Source: Paraspadella gotoi
Lineage: Eukaryota > Animalia > Chaetognatha
Length of the DNA stretch: 64,000 bases
Assembly: GCA_051294375.1 (NCBI GenBank)
Contig: CM119267.1
Span: 9,977,458-10,041,457, forward strand
Reading direction: 5' to 3'
Below, one piece after another: positions 1-15,022 of the stretch. The notes below the pieces were generated by a model. The model was not told the DNA's origin and made no database searches. It worked only from the letters and a program-made list of their open reading frames with translations. A program made the position numbers and the translations under genes. Within the stretch, counting starts at the first letter, position 1. Every line of letters begins with the position of its first letter.

Positions 1-726
1 TAAATTGTCTTAGATGGTTCCAGCGCAAACAAAGCTAGCAAAACGTAACTCGACCTAATAATGAATTAATATCGCACAGTAGGAGCTACAACATATACAG
101 AAAGAATTCAAGTACATGCAAATATCCAAACAAGGAATATTGTATGACATTGTAAATTATATTGTTCTTTTCACCAAGTGTGCTCGACTGAATATCTAAA
201 GAAAGGGACTTTGACTGCACGACCAATCAAATGTCCTCCTTCAAACAATGACCATATTTTCTAAGGCCACAAAATTCTACCTATACTATCTGATAATATT
301 AGCAGATCTTACGAATTTTAATGGTTTAAATTTGTCCTTCAATTTAAAGTTTACACGTTGGTTTTTTTTTACTAGAATAAAAATTCATACGGTTAGCATG
401 ATTCAGAAAGGAACTATGAAAATTTTTTTCAAATTTAGGTTAATATAAATCAACCATTAGCAAAAAAAAATGAAACAAAGGGATCGTAATAGTACAAAAA
501 CAGAACCGAGACTAGATCCACAAAAGAGGACGCTTTAAGAAATAAATTAAAATGAAACCGTAGCATCAACTCCGATAGAAATTTCGAATAAACTGCGGCA
601 AAATTTATTTTCAAATTGAGGCTTCTAATTTTCTGGTTACTGTAGTGTGTACTACTGTGAAGAGAATAAAATAAAGAAAACATTAACAGCCGCGGGAACA
701 ATTTAGTGACGGAGTCCATAAGCAGT

Positions 727-1770
<1,044 letters not shown>

Positions 1771-2273
1771 CTAAAATAGAGACAAAAAAAATCGGCCCTT
1801 GATTGCGAGGCTAAATCTCTCGAGGGCAATAAATAGTTAGGAAATGAAACTTAAAACAAATAATTTTTTTTTAATTTCTACTTTCTAGATTCAAATATGT
1901 CAAAATGTCAATGTCAATATAGCGACATCATAGGGAAAAGGTTCAGAAAAAAGGAGGAGAAAAGAACAAAACAAAACATTTTATTATTGTGATCTCGCCA
2001 AACGTTACTATAAATGGCTCAATAATAAATACAATGTAAATACATTGTACAATACAATGTAATATGACATGATATTTACCTAAAAACAAACACGATTTCG
2101 AGTAAAAATCAGACACCAGATAAAAAAATTCAGAATATGTTTAGTTTAGAAATTCGTACGGTAAAAAGAGATACCGTTTGGAGTTAACAATGCATAATAT
2201 TGCACAGTTAATCTAAAGAGTATGGCGACAAAGGTTTCGCCACCACGGGGTTGACCCTAGTTGGTCACTGCTA

Positions 2274-3033
2274 TGTTGTATGGTCGCGAGTGAAGCCGGT
2301 TACTGAGACCATCGACCTCTCTTTCTCTCTCTCTCTTAGTAAGTGCCTCGCTCTCTCTCGATTAGTCTCTCTTAGTCTCTTAACGATTGAACATGTCTTT
2401 TTGTGTCTGTTAATATATTATTAGTTATTAATAACTATTAACTATTGTCAAATAAATGTATTTATGTGCCTCCATATAACTGGTGAGCCCGACGAGAATT
2501 CGTGAAATCCTTCTGAAACGAAATGGAAAGGGTGATTGAACTTTTTTCTACCGACGTTAAGACTCCATGAGATCATCCAAAACGATTGTAACGGCGGCGA
2601 TTTGAAAATCGTCAAAGACGCAACGGGATCAAAATTTATTCCTTTTTCTAACAACGGAATTAGGGATTTCGAATTTAACCAAAAAGTGTCAAAAAAACTT
2701 AAAATCCTTACGGACATCTGCGCTTTAACAATAACGAATAACAACCATAGCAGCAAGTACAGGATTTCTTTATCGAGCGAAGAAAAAGACAATTTTATCG
2801 AGGTGATTTTTAATAAAGAATTAACGACAAAAACAATACCGGCCCGGTTGACGATTGCATCGCTTGTGAAAGTGCCGTCACCAGGTTGGTCGGCGCCGAC
2901 GAGGCAAGATGTCTCAGTGGCCACCGACGACATTTCCTCCAAAGAAGTCGTCGTCTTAACAGACCAAACCCTCTTCTCGGATGCCACGTCCATGACAGAC
3001 GTCGTTTCCGTCAAATGTATTTATGTGCCTCCA
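2274..3033 (+). mobile_element. Degenerate LTR-retrotransposon remnant (about 207-bp LTR, PBS, internal fragment, 21-bp piece of a second LTR)
   Basis: TGTTGTAT start at 2274, AATAAA at 2451, end ...ATATAAC at 2480, then TGGTGAGCCCGACG, which resembles the tRNA-Trp PBS TGGTGACCCCGACG. AAATGTATTTATGTGCCTCCA is repeated at 2454-2474 and 3013-3033. No TSD was found. Confidence 0.5.
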
Positions 3034-4720
3034 AAGGAGTTTCTTTTCATTGACCATTGCCAGACAAGAAGCACCAATCCCGATACTGTCCCAACCGCGG
3101 CGGCGAACATATAGACGCCGACGTAAGGCTCAGAGTCAGGATTCAGCCGGAGGGCAAGTGCCACTATAGCGCCGGCCAGCGGAGAGGCCGTCAACCCAGA
3201 AATGCCTTTAATTGCTAGTGTCAGCGGAAACGACGAGGATAATTTTTCGCGACCCAAAGATTCCGACAGAACGGAGGGTGTTAGCGCAACGTAAGCCCCA
3301 GAAAATAAACCCATGCCTCCAGAGCAAATCGCCAACGGCCAAAAACCGAGCGCGCCGACGAAGGGCGCCGCTACGGACGACGCCGCAAAACCCAGAGGCA
3401 TCAGGGCGTACACCAGGTCGCGATGGCGTTTTCCTATGCCGTAGTTGGTGAAGATCCCGAAGGCGGCGCGTCCGATGACGTCGAGGACACCGTTGACGGA
3501 CAACAAAAGTGCGGCCCCAGTTTTAGGATCGCCTGAGTCAAGCACCTCATTGGAATTTCGTGACCACAGCGAAAGTGCCATGCGAGGCAAATAGTATATC
3601 GCGGGTATGACAGATAATGGAGCCAGAAATTGAGAAACGGAAAGAAACAAAAACTTTGAATCACGGAAGAGAGAAAAGTCGATCCCTAGAAAGTGTCGAT
3701 CTTGAGAAGATTTAGATTTAGATTCTTCGTTCGAGTTGTTCGTGGCGGCATTGGGAGGCGAAGTAGGCGCCACAGAAATCAGTCTCCGCTTCTTTTCCCG
3801 TCTCAAAGGCTTGTAGAGTGCACCGCACACGCAGAAGTGAAAGGAGACGCCACCAAGAATCAATATGGCGCCGGATACGCCAAAAAATGAAATAGATTCC
3901 TGTATGACGATGGGCATGAAAAAAGTACCGATTCCAGAACCTGACGTTAAGAACATTGTTAATCATTTGAAAAAAAAAAAATAACTTAGCAAAAAAAGGA
4001 GCAATATTCACCGGCGACAGCGAAACCGTTGGCCATAAACTTTTTCGTCTCGAAATATTCTCCCACAATGAGGATGCTAGGAGTGTAAGCGAGAGAATTT
4101 CCCAGTCCGACGAACATTCCCATGATGACTATAAGAGCCGGCAACGACGAAACCGCAAGTGAGGATGCCGCATACGAGGCCATGGAAATACAACCACCGA
4201 GCATCACCATCTGGTCGAATGAGCGCAAGTGTAAACCATAATTTTAGAGGAAAGGACGACTAGAACCTTTCACCTGTCGACAGGAAAAACCAGCCCCTCG
4301 AATAACGGACGATAGCGGTCCCATGCACATGCGTGTAGACACGCCGACAGAATGAATCCATGCCACCGCAAAGTCGGTCGCGTTTAAAGTTTGAGTCAGC
4401 TCTACGTGAAGGAGCCCAAAAGACTTTCCAATGCCGCCCAAAATGAAGTGAACCAACGAACAGCCGAACACGCACATCCAACCCCAGCCACCGTCGGGGG
4501 CTTTTGAAAGGAACGTTGAGTCGCAGTCAGGTTGGTTGGAATGGGAGACGACTTCGGATGGGTGCAGGTCGCACGTGCTGTGCCATGATTCCAGGGTAGC
4601 AGTTCTCTGTGAAACAAGAAATTCTTTCGGTCGTTGATTGGGAGATTCGGAGACTAAGTATAACGTTAAATCAGGTGTTTCCCCGAGAGAATCTTCCGTT
4701 AGTTTCACCGAGGACTTCAT
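3021..4720 (-). CDS. Monocarboxylate transporter (SLC16/MFS family), 3 coding exons
   Basis: SLC16 signature APDGGWGWMCVFG, then YTPSILIVGEYFETKKFMANGFAVAG|SGIGTF and many hydrophobic TM segments. Introns at about 4274-4212 and 4010-3942. Confidence 0.93.
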
Positions 4721-6228
4721 GATGAGAGAGTCTTGTAATGTGACACTGAATAAAAGATAAATAAAATCTAGAATCACGTACAAAGGTTCAACTTATAGAG
4801 GAAAAAATCATAGAGGAATTTTTTTTTTTTTTTTGACAGTGAAATAAGAGCTGTAAACACAGAGGGTGAATGAAGACGAACAAAATCGAGGTGGAAGAAG
4901 ACGGAACTGAATAATATAGCGAACCACGGAGAAGGAAAAAAATTTTTGAGCACGTTCGAAAACGGCTGAATATAAGGACCACTTAAAAATCTTATCCAAG
5001 ATCTTCGAGCACAACAAATTCAACGATAATAATTAGTATCAACATGAATACTTTGTATCTAAAATTTAAACAATGACACTAATATTTTAAGGGGTAAAAG
5101 GTTTTTAAAACGAGCGTAAAAACAAAGACTTGCACTGGCACCTTGGCTTTACGGATAATCTTAGATAACTACTATACACATTAACCGACTAGTCAAATGC
5201 AAATTAGAAATAAAGGCAAGATATTAAAAAAACCTGGGTTAAACATGCATTAACATTGACAAAAGTCTATATTCACTATTTAAGCTATAAAAAAGTTATT
5301 AGCTTCATCGCTGGATCAGCACTAAAAAAAGCAGCTCCATTCTGGAAGATATGCGATTTTAAAAACCACGCAATATGACACAGGAATTAGTATTTAATTA
5401 AGTATAGAGCAACAAAGTGATTGTATTTCACTATAAAAATTTTGCAATTAAACATGGCATGGCAGGGCTATTATTTATAAAATAATAAACAATTTAAACC
5501 AAATTGGTTGAAAGAAGAAATATTTTTGGTTATAAGATGCGATAAGGTAAAAATTAATAAATTCTTAAATTTCACAAGAAAAAACCAAAAACCCAGCAAT
5601 AGAAGCCAAAATTTTTTTAAATTAGTTGATTAAACTCAACCAAACCCGTGTCACTGACGTTTTAATGAAAGTTTAATATTAGTAATCTGAAAGCAACAGC
5701 GATGACTGTATTATTAAAATTTTGCTTATGGCATATACAATTATACATATAATAACTTAAATTTAAATATACAGAGAAAAAAGTTTAGCATAAAAATAAT
5801 ATAACAATTTCTATTTAAATTATCATATTTATTATTTAAAGTCAAATCTACTCGTAAATGTAAACTAATATTATATTAAATATATATTTTATTTTTAAAA
5901 CTACATGTTTTGATAGTTTTTTAAATCAATCCGTATTAGTTATTGACATCAATAATCATTATTAAAAAAAAAATTTAGGAGTATCCAAAATCTGTACGTT
6001 GTATTCATATGTTTATAATTGGATATACGAAAAACGCGAATTTCGACAACAAAATAGTACATAACAAGCGCGGCTTTCAGGTCGAAGGTTCAATTATAAC
6101 GATATTTTCTTTTATTTCCGAAAAAATTAAGAAGAGAGAAGGAGCGAAAGTAAAACTAGTTAAACCTCCGTTTAGAAAGGGAGAAAGAGAGAGACCAGCC
6201 TAAGTTGAAGTTCATCCAAATGGCGATT

Positions 6229-6347
6229 ATTGCCTGCGATTAACGCATGAGTCGCAGGTGTGGTTCTAGATGGTTGGCGACTTCGCCAGTGAGGGTACTG
6301 GCGATATTGCAAGGCCCCTGGCGACATCGTCAACCAACTCGAACCGA
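6229..6347. other. GC-rich structured island (candidate ncRNA or motif-rich promoter)
   Basis: Hairpin CCTGCGA...TCGCAGG, then a long stem GGTTCTAGATGGTTGGCGA/TCGTCAACCAACTCGAACC enclosing a perfect 8-bp hairpin TCGCCAGT-GAGGGT-ACTGGCGA, all within AT-rich intergenic DNA. Confidence 0.3.
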
Positions 6348-7203
6348 TCGGTCGAGAATAAGAAAACGAGAGGTAAGCGGGTCATTCTATGCATATAAAA
6401 GTTGAAAAAGAAGCATTGTTAAAAATTAAATACCTATAAAAGAAACTGAAGTAAATATATAAATAAATAATAAAATATGAAAAAATAGTTTATAGCGATG
6501 AAAAACTACATATATATTTAAAATTTAAACCCTGTAGAATTTAATTTATCTTCAAAAACGACGTAAAACTGACTTATTTGATATAGAGAAGGATGAGGAA
6601 GAGCAAACGTAACTGAATGACGACCATAATAATAACCCCTGGGCTTAGCATAACCCTTCGCAAGAAATCGATATTGCTCGGGTAAGAAACCTTATGATTT
6701 AGCAATTCATTTCATAACGCAGCATCCGAAGTTAACCCTTAAACCAAATTCGGTCAGACAAAATAAATAACATTATAACATTATACGTATTTGTTTTGTA
6801 CCAGTTTTGGATCTCAGCACCCAAAAATCTAAAGGCTCCCAAATACATTAGATAAATAAATGTATATGGTAGCAGTGTGGTAATTTAAAAATGAAATTAA
6901 AAACTAGCTTTAGGCCATATAAAATTTTAGCAAAATTAAAAAAAATAAAGAAAATGTTCGCCAGGAGCAAAACCATACAAAAGCTTCGGGCCGATTGGAG
7001 CTTATATAAAATTAAAAAGAAATAAAAATTAAACGAGATTTACTAATTAATTTATTTCTAACAAAATTACATTCTTGGTTTGATGTGCGGAAAAGTAATT
7101 TTTTTTTAAGAAAAAAGATAATTACGGTTATTGATTAAAGTCTCGGCAAATAAATATAATTCTTGAATTTTTATACTTAAACTCGGTACATTGTACGCAG
7201 TCT

Positions 7204-10200
7204 TTAGGAGTTTCCGTGTTTAGACAATAGAGCTTCCAAAAGTCTCAGGCATTGCTTGACACGCTTGTAATCGGCGTATTCCGATTCCATTGGTCCCCGA
7301 TCTTCTTTCATCACTTTACGTCCTGCGTTTTCTTGGAACCTATCTTCAAAATCCTTAAGGATCCGACGCAGCCGCTTTTTTTCTGCCTTTGCCTTCCGCT
7401 GATACTCGAGGAGTTGCGCCACGGAAGCTTCGTGGAGGGAAGCCTCGGAAATGTTGGTCCACAATCCCTTGGCTCCTTCACTACCGACGATCGCAGCGAC
7501 ACCTGGAGGAGCCACGTTCTCCTCGCCTCCGTCGTCGTCATCATCGTCGTCGTCGACACCATCATCGACTGAAGCGCAATGGACATGAACGACGGTGCAA
7601 GTACGATTGGAAAAGGTAGAGGTGCTGGGTGTCGACGACACTGGAGAAGTAGGAGTAAAATTTGCGTCAAGGAATTGATATTTACTTAAGAATTTAGGTT
7701 TAAAATTACCATTGGGGGCAAGTTCCCATTTCTCAACGGATTGCCCCTCGATGATGGGCTGCAGAGAATTAAGGTTATTCAACTTGGGAGACGCGGGTCG
7801 AGCAAGCATTCGTTTTACATTTCGATAACGATCATAAATAGGCCGCATTAAATCTGTAACGAGAGGAAAAGCGGGCGTGCATAATAAACAATCTAAACGC
7901 GCTCGCACACTATCGACGTTGAAACAAACCTTTTTCTTCTTTGGTAACGGGACGACCATGAATGTTCTCAAAGTAAAGCAAAGCTTTTTGCAGAGCTAGT
8001 TTTTCATCTTCGATCTCGGTTTTAGACAAATTTTGTAAGTCTTCGGAACGATTCATCGAACGACGCTTGTCTACGTTTAACGTCCAAATGACAAAAAGAT
8101 TATTATTATTATTACACGATTTTAAAAATTTGAATAAAATTTAAATATGAAGAAGAGAGCGATTACCCTTAAGCTGGAGCGAGATTTTGTTCAGTGTCTC
8201 TTCCATAGTGGTTTTTTTACCCTCTTTAACTGGGGCGCTGGCGCTAACTTCTGCTGGACTGCCAGAGCCCAAGTCGGGCGTTTCTTCCTTATCGAGGAGA
8301 GCGACGCGAAGATTCGCGCCGACTGAATTTTTTTTAAATTAAAAAAATATTTTTAAAACGAATTAAAGCAAATCGTCTTTCGCTCTCACCAAGATCGAGG
8401 GCTGAGGCTTTGGCTTGTATAAGTTTCTCCTTCGCCATCGCTTCCTTCAAAACTTTGAGTTCTTTACGCGTCTTTGACAATTCCGCCATCAATTTGCCCA
8501 GCTCGTTGTTTCCGGCAGCGCGAGCGGCTTGCCCGTCCCTACGACGATCAAAGGGAAAACTGGGTGAAAATTGTTTAACAAGGCGCTTAGAGAAAAATTT
8601 TTTTTTTGTTACAAACAACGATTTATTTGTACATATTCGGATATGTTTCGACTCTAGTTCGAGCCTTCATCAGCGCTTTGACATTTGTGAAATATTTGAA
8701 GATAAGGGTAATAAAGGAGAGAGAGAGAGAAAAAAAAAATAGACAATTACATTTTTAGCAATGTACAATAAAGATATAGTGTAAACTTGATTATTAACAA
8801 TGTTTAATTAAATTAGATTAGAGTGGAAAATGAAATTTGAAAATTTGAAATTAGATAACAAGGCGCTAATACAGAAGGCTTCGTTTTTCGTTTTTTCGAA
8901 CCGAGAATTGGTTCTGACCAAATCAATGAACCAAATTTGATACAATTTTGCGTACAGTATCCCAATGGCCATATAATTGGAACTATCGAGGCTATTTTCA
9001 ATAGTTTACCCCTGAGCTATGATACATGGCCATGGACAAATAAACGTTTCTGCAACATCAGTATAAAAAAATTAACAAAATTTTGAAAAAAATTTCTTCG
9101 ACCATTTTTTTCCCACTTGGCCTGCCCTCTTAGGGACCCATATCTAGGGTCATAGGTCAAATTTCAAAAATTCCCTCGATAGTCCCATTTCTATTGCCCT
9201 ATAATTAGTTCATCCAAAATTTCATCAATGTCGGTCAAGTAGTTTGATCGGAACCGATTCTCGATTCAAAAAAACGAAAGAGCATTTGTTGGAGACAAAT
9301 TCGTGTGGCCGTCGATGGATTCCACGTCATAAAATCATAAATCATAAAATCACCTCCAACACATTTTCTATAATATGAAGCCTTCTGTATACAATTCTAA
9401 CCTCAAAAAATTCAAAAACATACCAGCGAGTTTCAAAATTGAAACAATTGAAAACTATGTAATCACACGACACATATCGTGAATCAAAACGTACCGGGCG
9501 TTGACGCTGTTCCATTTGAATCCGTTTTCCATCTCGAAATTTTCCTCCCAAATTTTAATCTTTCTCTTAAGATGAGAAATTTTTTTGGTGTATTGTCGAA
9601 CCTTGGACGCATTGGAATTGTCGTCCGTCTCGGGCCATTTTTTGTTACTGAGAAAAAACGAAATGAAATACGGAGTGAAAAATCATATTTTTGGAGGGTA
9701 AGACTTCCGCCCGAGAAAAGGCACCAACCTCAACTTTTGGTTGAAAGCCGATTTGAAGTTTCGGGTTTTATCCAACGGCGGCGACGGAGGAACGTCGGTG
9801 TCCTCGGACTCGTGGCCCTTTGGTCCAGGAATGGATTCGCTTCGTTTCTCGATTCTAAGCGCGGTCACCGTCGCCTTTTTCCCGTTGCTGTTATTGTTGT
9901 TGTTATGACGCGAGAGAAAGCGAGACGTTCTGAATTCATAATTAGAATTTAGGATCATTTCTTTCGAATTTAGAACGTCCCGGAAAAAAAATCACCTCGG
10001 AGAGATGACGGCCTCGTCATGGACGCCAGCTCTACCGTGAGCCGAAGCCTCCCCTTCCCTGGCGACGTTTCCATTGGAGGCGCAGCCTGGAATATCGATG
10101 GCAGGCGAGGATCCGCCGGAGCTGGAGGACGCCAATCCACCGGAACCAAGCGCGTCGCGGGCGGCAATCGTGAGATTGTCAGTGTAGTGAGATCTGAGAA

Positions 10201-13200
10201 AAAAATTTTTTTTCCCAACCCAAGTATTAGCAACGAGCGTTTCTACGGTCACACGTAAATGTCGCTCACCTGTGTGATTTTAGAGTATTTTGATCTTTAT
10301 CTAATCGGAAAGGATCAATTTCCTTTTTCCCTTTTGGATCTTTGAGCTCGCCCCATGCCTGCTGGAGCGAGCGTGATGGCTGACCGTTGCCGTTACCTAC
10401 GACTGAAAAAAGTCAGGTTTACTTCCTAGTAAGAAATGAAGTGGGGTTCAATAGAAAAAAAGATCAAAAATGATGCTCACTTGATGGTTTTTGTCTGGAA
10501 GGAATCGGATCATTGCCATCGTAATGCTCGCCGAGCGTAGTGAGGTCCAAGGGCGGAACGTACGGCTTTTTCGGTGTCGATTCGAGTTTTGGCGGCCGAT
10601 TATCCGACGCGGTGAAAAACACTGGAGAAACACGACCATGACATTCATTTGACGTTTTCCTTTGGCACTAAATTTCATCGCATTATATTCAGACCTGGCT
10701 TGGATGACGAGTCGGTGATGTTGTCATCATCCGAACCACTGGCGCTGTCTTCGGAGGAACCATCGGAAGACTCGGACGACGTCATCGACTCGACGGTGGC
10801 GATATGATTAGGGGCTAAAGTATACGCTGCAAAAACAAGCAGAACGAACGTTAAGAGCGCCGTCAAAGAACCATATATATTTGGTCACTCACCTCCTCCG
10901 TCGTGCGGGGAAAATGATCGAGGCGATTTCGAAAAGATCTCGCTCTGGCTTAAGGCTTTGTCGCGTTGGGTGGTCGGGGCGATCATGGCTTGGTCATCCA
11001 CGCATTCCCCAGTCCTCGCCGAAGAACGGATAGAAAGCGTGGGGGACCGATCGGAAAATATGGTCGAGCTATTAGTGCGGGTCGCCTGATCGTAAAAAAA
11101 AAAATTAAAATAAATAAAAATAGATCGCAGCTGAATTGAAATATTGAAATATCGATAACAAAAATTGATTAAAGTAAACCTACCATTACGGATATCCCAG
11201 GTAATATTTGCACGCAGTCCTTCGAGTCTGCGGCCAGAAAAGAATCGACAACCTCTTGGATTGTCTGATCAACGATCTGAGCCGCCATCCTAGTGACCAA
11301 AGCGTTGTTCGATGCCCCTAGCTTTTCGATGGATGATCTGGAACTGAAAAAAGAGTTGCAAAAATTAGACGACTGAAGACTCTTAGTCGGTTATGGTTAA
11401 AATCTCGATTAGTCGATATTATATTGCAAACCTCTGAGGGGACGTATCCCGGTCGCTTGGCAGCGTTGAGTCTGAATCTCCCGACGCGATGATTACTGAA
11501 ACGTGAGGTGCTCCTACAGGGGGCAACGGCGAGGACGAACGCGCGAAAATCGGCGCCCCCGCCGTCAGCGGAGGGCGTGGAATTCCAGCGTCGGTCTCAT
11601 TAGGTGTCGTTTTGGCGAAAGCGGTGGGCGTTGCGGCGGGAGAGGAACCGTAAAAGGCAGTGGGCGTTGGCGCCGGGGTAGGAGGGGGATTCGGAGTTAA
11701 TGGGCACGAGATGCTCAAAGGAGCCAAACCCATGGATTTCGTAGAGTCGGGCACCGAAAGAAGGGATCGTTCGCTGGAATTGCAGTACTATTTCTTTCAG
11801 CATTATAGGAGAGTAAATATCCAAAATAAAAACTCACCCATGGACCGACAGTTTTCCAGGGGGAGCAAAAATGCTTTCCGCGTTTTCGATGAAATAAGAA
11901 AGCATGTCATTTAATGTCCCTTGTTCCTTGATACACTCCTGACTCGTGTCAACGCGAAAAAGGTTGGGCCCGAAAACAATTCCCAACGCCTGCAACGCGA
12001 GGTAATTCGTTTGGATGATTTTTTTTCTAGTGAAAGTTGCCTAATTCGACTCACCGTTGATCCCATCTTAGTGCGGTCTTTAGCAAGGGAAACGCGGAAA
12101 AGGAAATAGCAAATAAAACCCAGAACGGCGAGTCGTTGAATAGATAAATGCTGCTTGAGGATAGCGATGGCGATTGGAATGAAATCTGAAGACATCGAGA
12201 ACTGGCCCGAATTTGCTGAAAAAAAAAAGATGATGAAAATGAACAAAGGTCAAAGGCCGTTGGACAAAAAGTTTAATTCGAGGTCTCACTAGGAGAAGGA
12301 GGGGTGGTATGCGGAGCGCAGAGGTTCTGCAGCTTGTACCACTCCTTGAGCAAGAGTTTGTGGGCGTGGCCGGGGACGACGGGTTCGGGGATTTCGCGGA
12401 GGAACATCTTCATGAGGCCGGCGGCAGAGGCGACGTCGACTCCGAGGCGTTTCAGGTCTACCGAGTCGCCTTTTTCGTATTCGACTCGCAGTCGATCCAG
12501 AGTTTTACTGTTGCCGTTGACCCGGAACAAACCTTCGTTTTCCAATCCGTGCGATTCGATGAAGGCGCACACTGAAATTCAGGGGAAAAAGGGAATTCGC
12601 GAAAAGATAGGATATGAGATTTCAAAAACTTCAAACTTCAAAAACTATGTACGGATCGAACAGGGAAAGGACAATTTTATTCCAATAATATTGAGAGGAT
12701 TCGTAGTCATTACGAAATAATCTGCAACAATGACAAGAGAATTAAAATCTACGACTCATGATAAAACAAATGAACACCTCTCACCCGATGTAAGGATGAA
12801 AGGAATTTCAACTCTCCCGTCCGGAGCAGGTCGAACATGACAAATCTCCTCGAGCGGACGATTGAACAAAGCGTTCGATTTGGCGGCACTCTTGGCGATT
12901 TTGGCGGCGTGCTGCGGAGTCGGCGACGGGCACGGGCTGGAGAGGACACTTCCCCCAATTCCCCCTACCGACGACTGTTTCTTATGCGTTTTGTTGACGG
13001 GAGGTGAAAGAGACATTGTCATGAATGAGGCAGCCGCGCTTTGGAGCATCCGCTTCCCTTTTTTTTTAGGGGGGGTAGCGTTAGTTTTTTCTACATTCAT
13101 TTACTGATCTTAAAAAACTGCATTCTGGTGGGACATGGACGCTACCTTGGTCCATCCTGGACTGTGGCGAAGAAGTTGGCGAAAGTGAAACCGGGGAATT

Positions 13201-13411
13201 GGTGCTCATGCCGGAGGAGATGAAAGGTGGCTGGTCCGATTCAACTTCCGGGCTTGGTGTTGCGCGAAAGTTATTTACTATATAGTATAATTAATGAAGG
13301 AGAAATTTCTAAAGAAATCTGGACATGTCCAATATAATAACTATCACCGTTAGTTCCGCCGCTACCCCGTTGGACGACATCCACGGTGGCGCACAAATTC
13401 GGTCTTTTCAT
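7204..13411 (-). CDS. FAM13: FAM13-family RhoGAP protein (multi-exon)
   Basis: RhoGAP core FIESHGLENEGLFRVNGN...AGLMKMFLREIPEPVVP. FAM13 C-terminal motifs EKLALQKALLYFENIHGRP...LMRPIYDRYRNVKR and EKKRLRRILKDFEDRF...YADYKRVKQCLRLLEALLSK*. The 5' exons from ATG 13411 splice in phase. Confidence 0.9.
8870..9389. mobile_element. Non-autonomous DNA element (HINE/MITE-like) in a FAM13 intron
   Basis: Inverted repeat TACAGAAGGCTTC (8870) / GAAGCCTTCTGTA (9377-9389). It shares the internal sequence GGAACTATCGAGGC with the copy at 44807-45404. Confidence 0.6.
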
Positions 13412-15022
13412 ACTTCAGTCAAACGTGAGGTTATTCGTTGATCGGGGCTGAAATTTAATCCGAAAGTTACATAATAAATATATAAATATGAATATGTAAT
13501 ATATAAATAATATTATTATGTATAAATAAAATAAGCGAACTCACTTGAAATTATATATACGAAGTAAAAGAGGAAAATCACAGGCGATTCGGATATCCGA
13601 CGAGGAAGTGTTCAACATCGTGATTCGCGGCCGCGAGGGACGTTTAAGCACATTAGTTCTTCTAAGTCTACTGGCCTCGACGATATAGGGAAGAGAACGA
13701 GAACGTCCCCGTCCTCGATCATTTATCCCAACTGAATCGAAGGAGGCTCCCTCGACGCAGCGCTGTGATTAAGGTCCCGATCCAAAGTCGCCGTCATTTT
13801 GGTCAAGCAAAGATAAGATGCGAAACAATTGCCGATCGTAAACAATGAATTCGCATATCGAGTCAGGACGCAAAAAACTTACTATATATTCAATGAAACA
13901 CCGAAAAACGCAGTATTTTTTATTTCAGCTGTGGAGAAATATAGACATGTTTTTCACTACCATAATTAAATGTGTAAACTGTATTTGTAACGAAAAAAGG
14001 CAATATTTGGGAGAAAGGAGTAAAATTGAGAGAAGAGAGAGAAAAAGAGAGAAAATAGCAACGGGAAATGCTGGAACCGCTGCTGGAAATATTTTATATT
14101 GCACATGGTATAAAAGGCGGCGAACTTTAAAATGGAACGTTCATTCATCAGAACTACATTAAGAATTAAGTGCCCGAGTTTCAATCCTTGAATGATATAT
14201 AAAATTTTGGAAAGTTATCTCAAAAGGGGATCGATGAAGTATGAAATGGGCTTAGAATTCTACTGGTGTTAAAAAAATATTAACTAATGGAATTATTAGG
14301 TTTTATGATTGAGATGATTTTACATAATATAAATCTGTTGCTTTGGAATAGTGTAAATATGTGTAGTAAACTTAAACTTAGGGTTATTAAACTTATATAA
14401 ATTATCATTAAGGGCAATCATGGGATGGTTTAAGCTGTACCACTAATGTGATAAACGAGCTGTACTGCGAGAAGAATGAATCATAAATTACGGTTTAATT
14501 AACCTTTCAAATCTCGCCCAAAGATAAAAACAAGAAATTTAATGCAAAGATTCTTTGGTTGAAAAGAAAAAAATAAATATTTAAAACGGTAGCTAATACC
14601 AATAATAGCGTGTTTGCAATTATGCGGATTGTTGCGCACGACAAAAAAAAACCGTGCTGACGAAATAGACAACAGCCGAACGGTATTTTTATCACTATCA
14701 CGTAAAACGTTGATGGGCGATAAAAAAATTGGTGACTGCGAAAAATATTGTGATCAACGAAACGGGGGGGAAAAGACTAGATTAACGACATCGAAACAGA
14801 TCAATTATGGAGGACATGAGGTTTTGTAAACTAAGAATTAAAAACAAAATCACTGTAGGTTGTAAACGGAATAAATCACTCGGAATACTGCTTACTGTAA
14901 AGAAACGAACTAAATTAATACTCGAAGGCATGGCACTCGATGACTATCATTAAACTATTTAGACTACATCTAAAGACAGCACTGAAAACGTATGGCTTTT
15001 GATATACAAAATTCTATAGCGA

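Noticed and set aside
3021-3023. Possibility of a reassigned stop codon (alternative genetic code)
   Set aside because: TAA, TAG and TGA all terminate conserved genes at expected positions elsewhere in the window.
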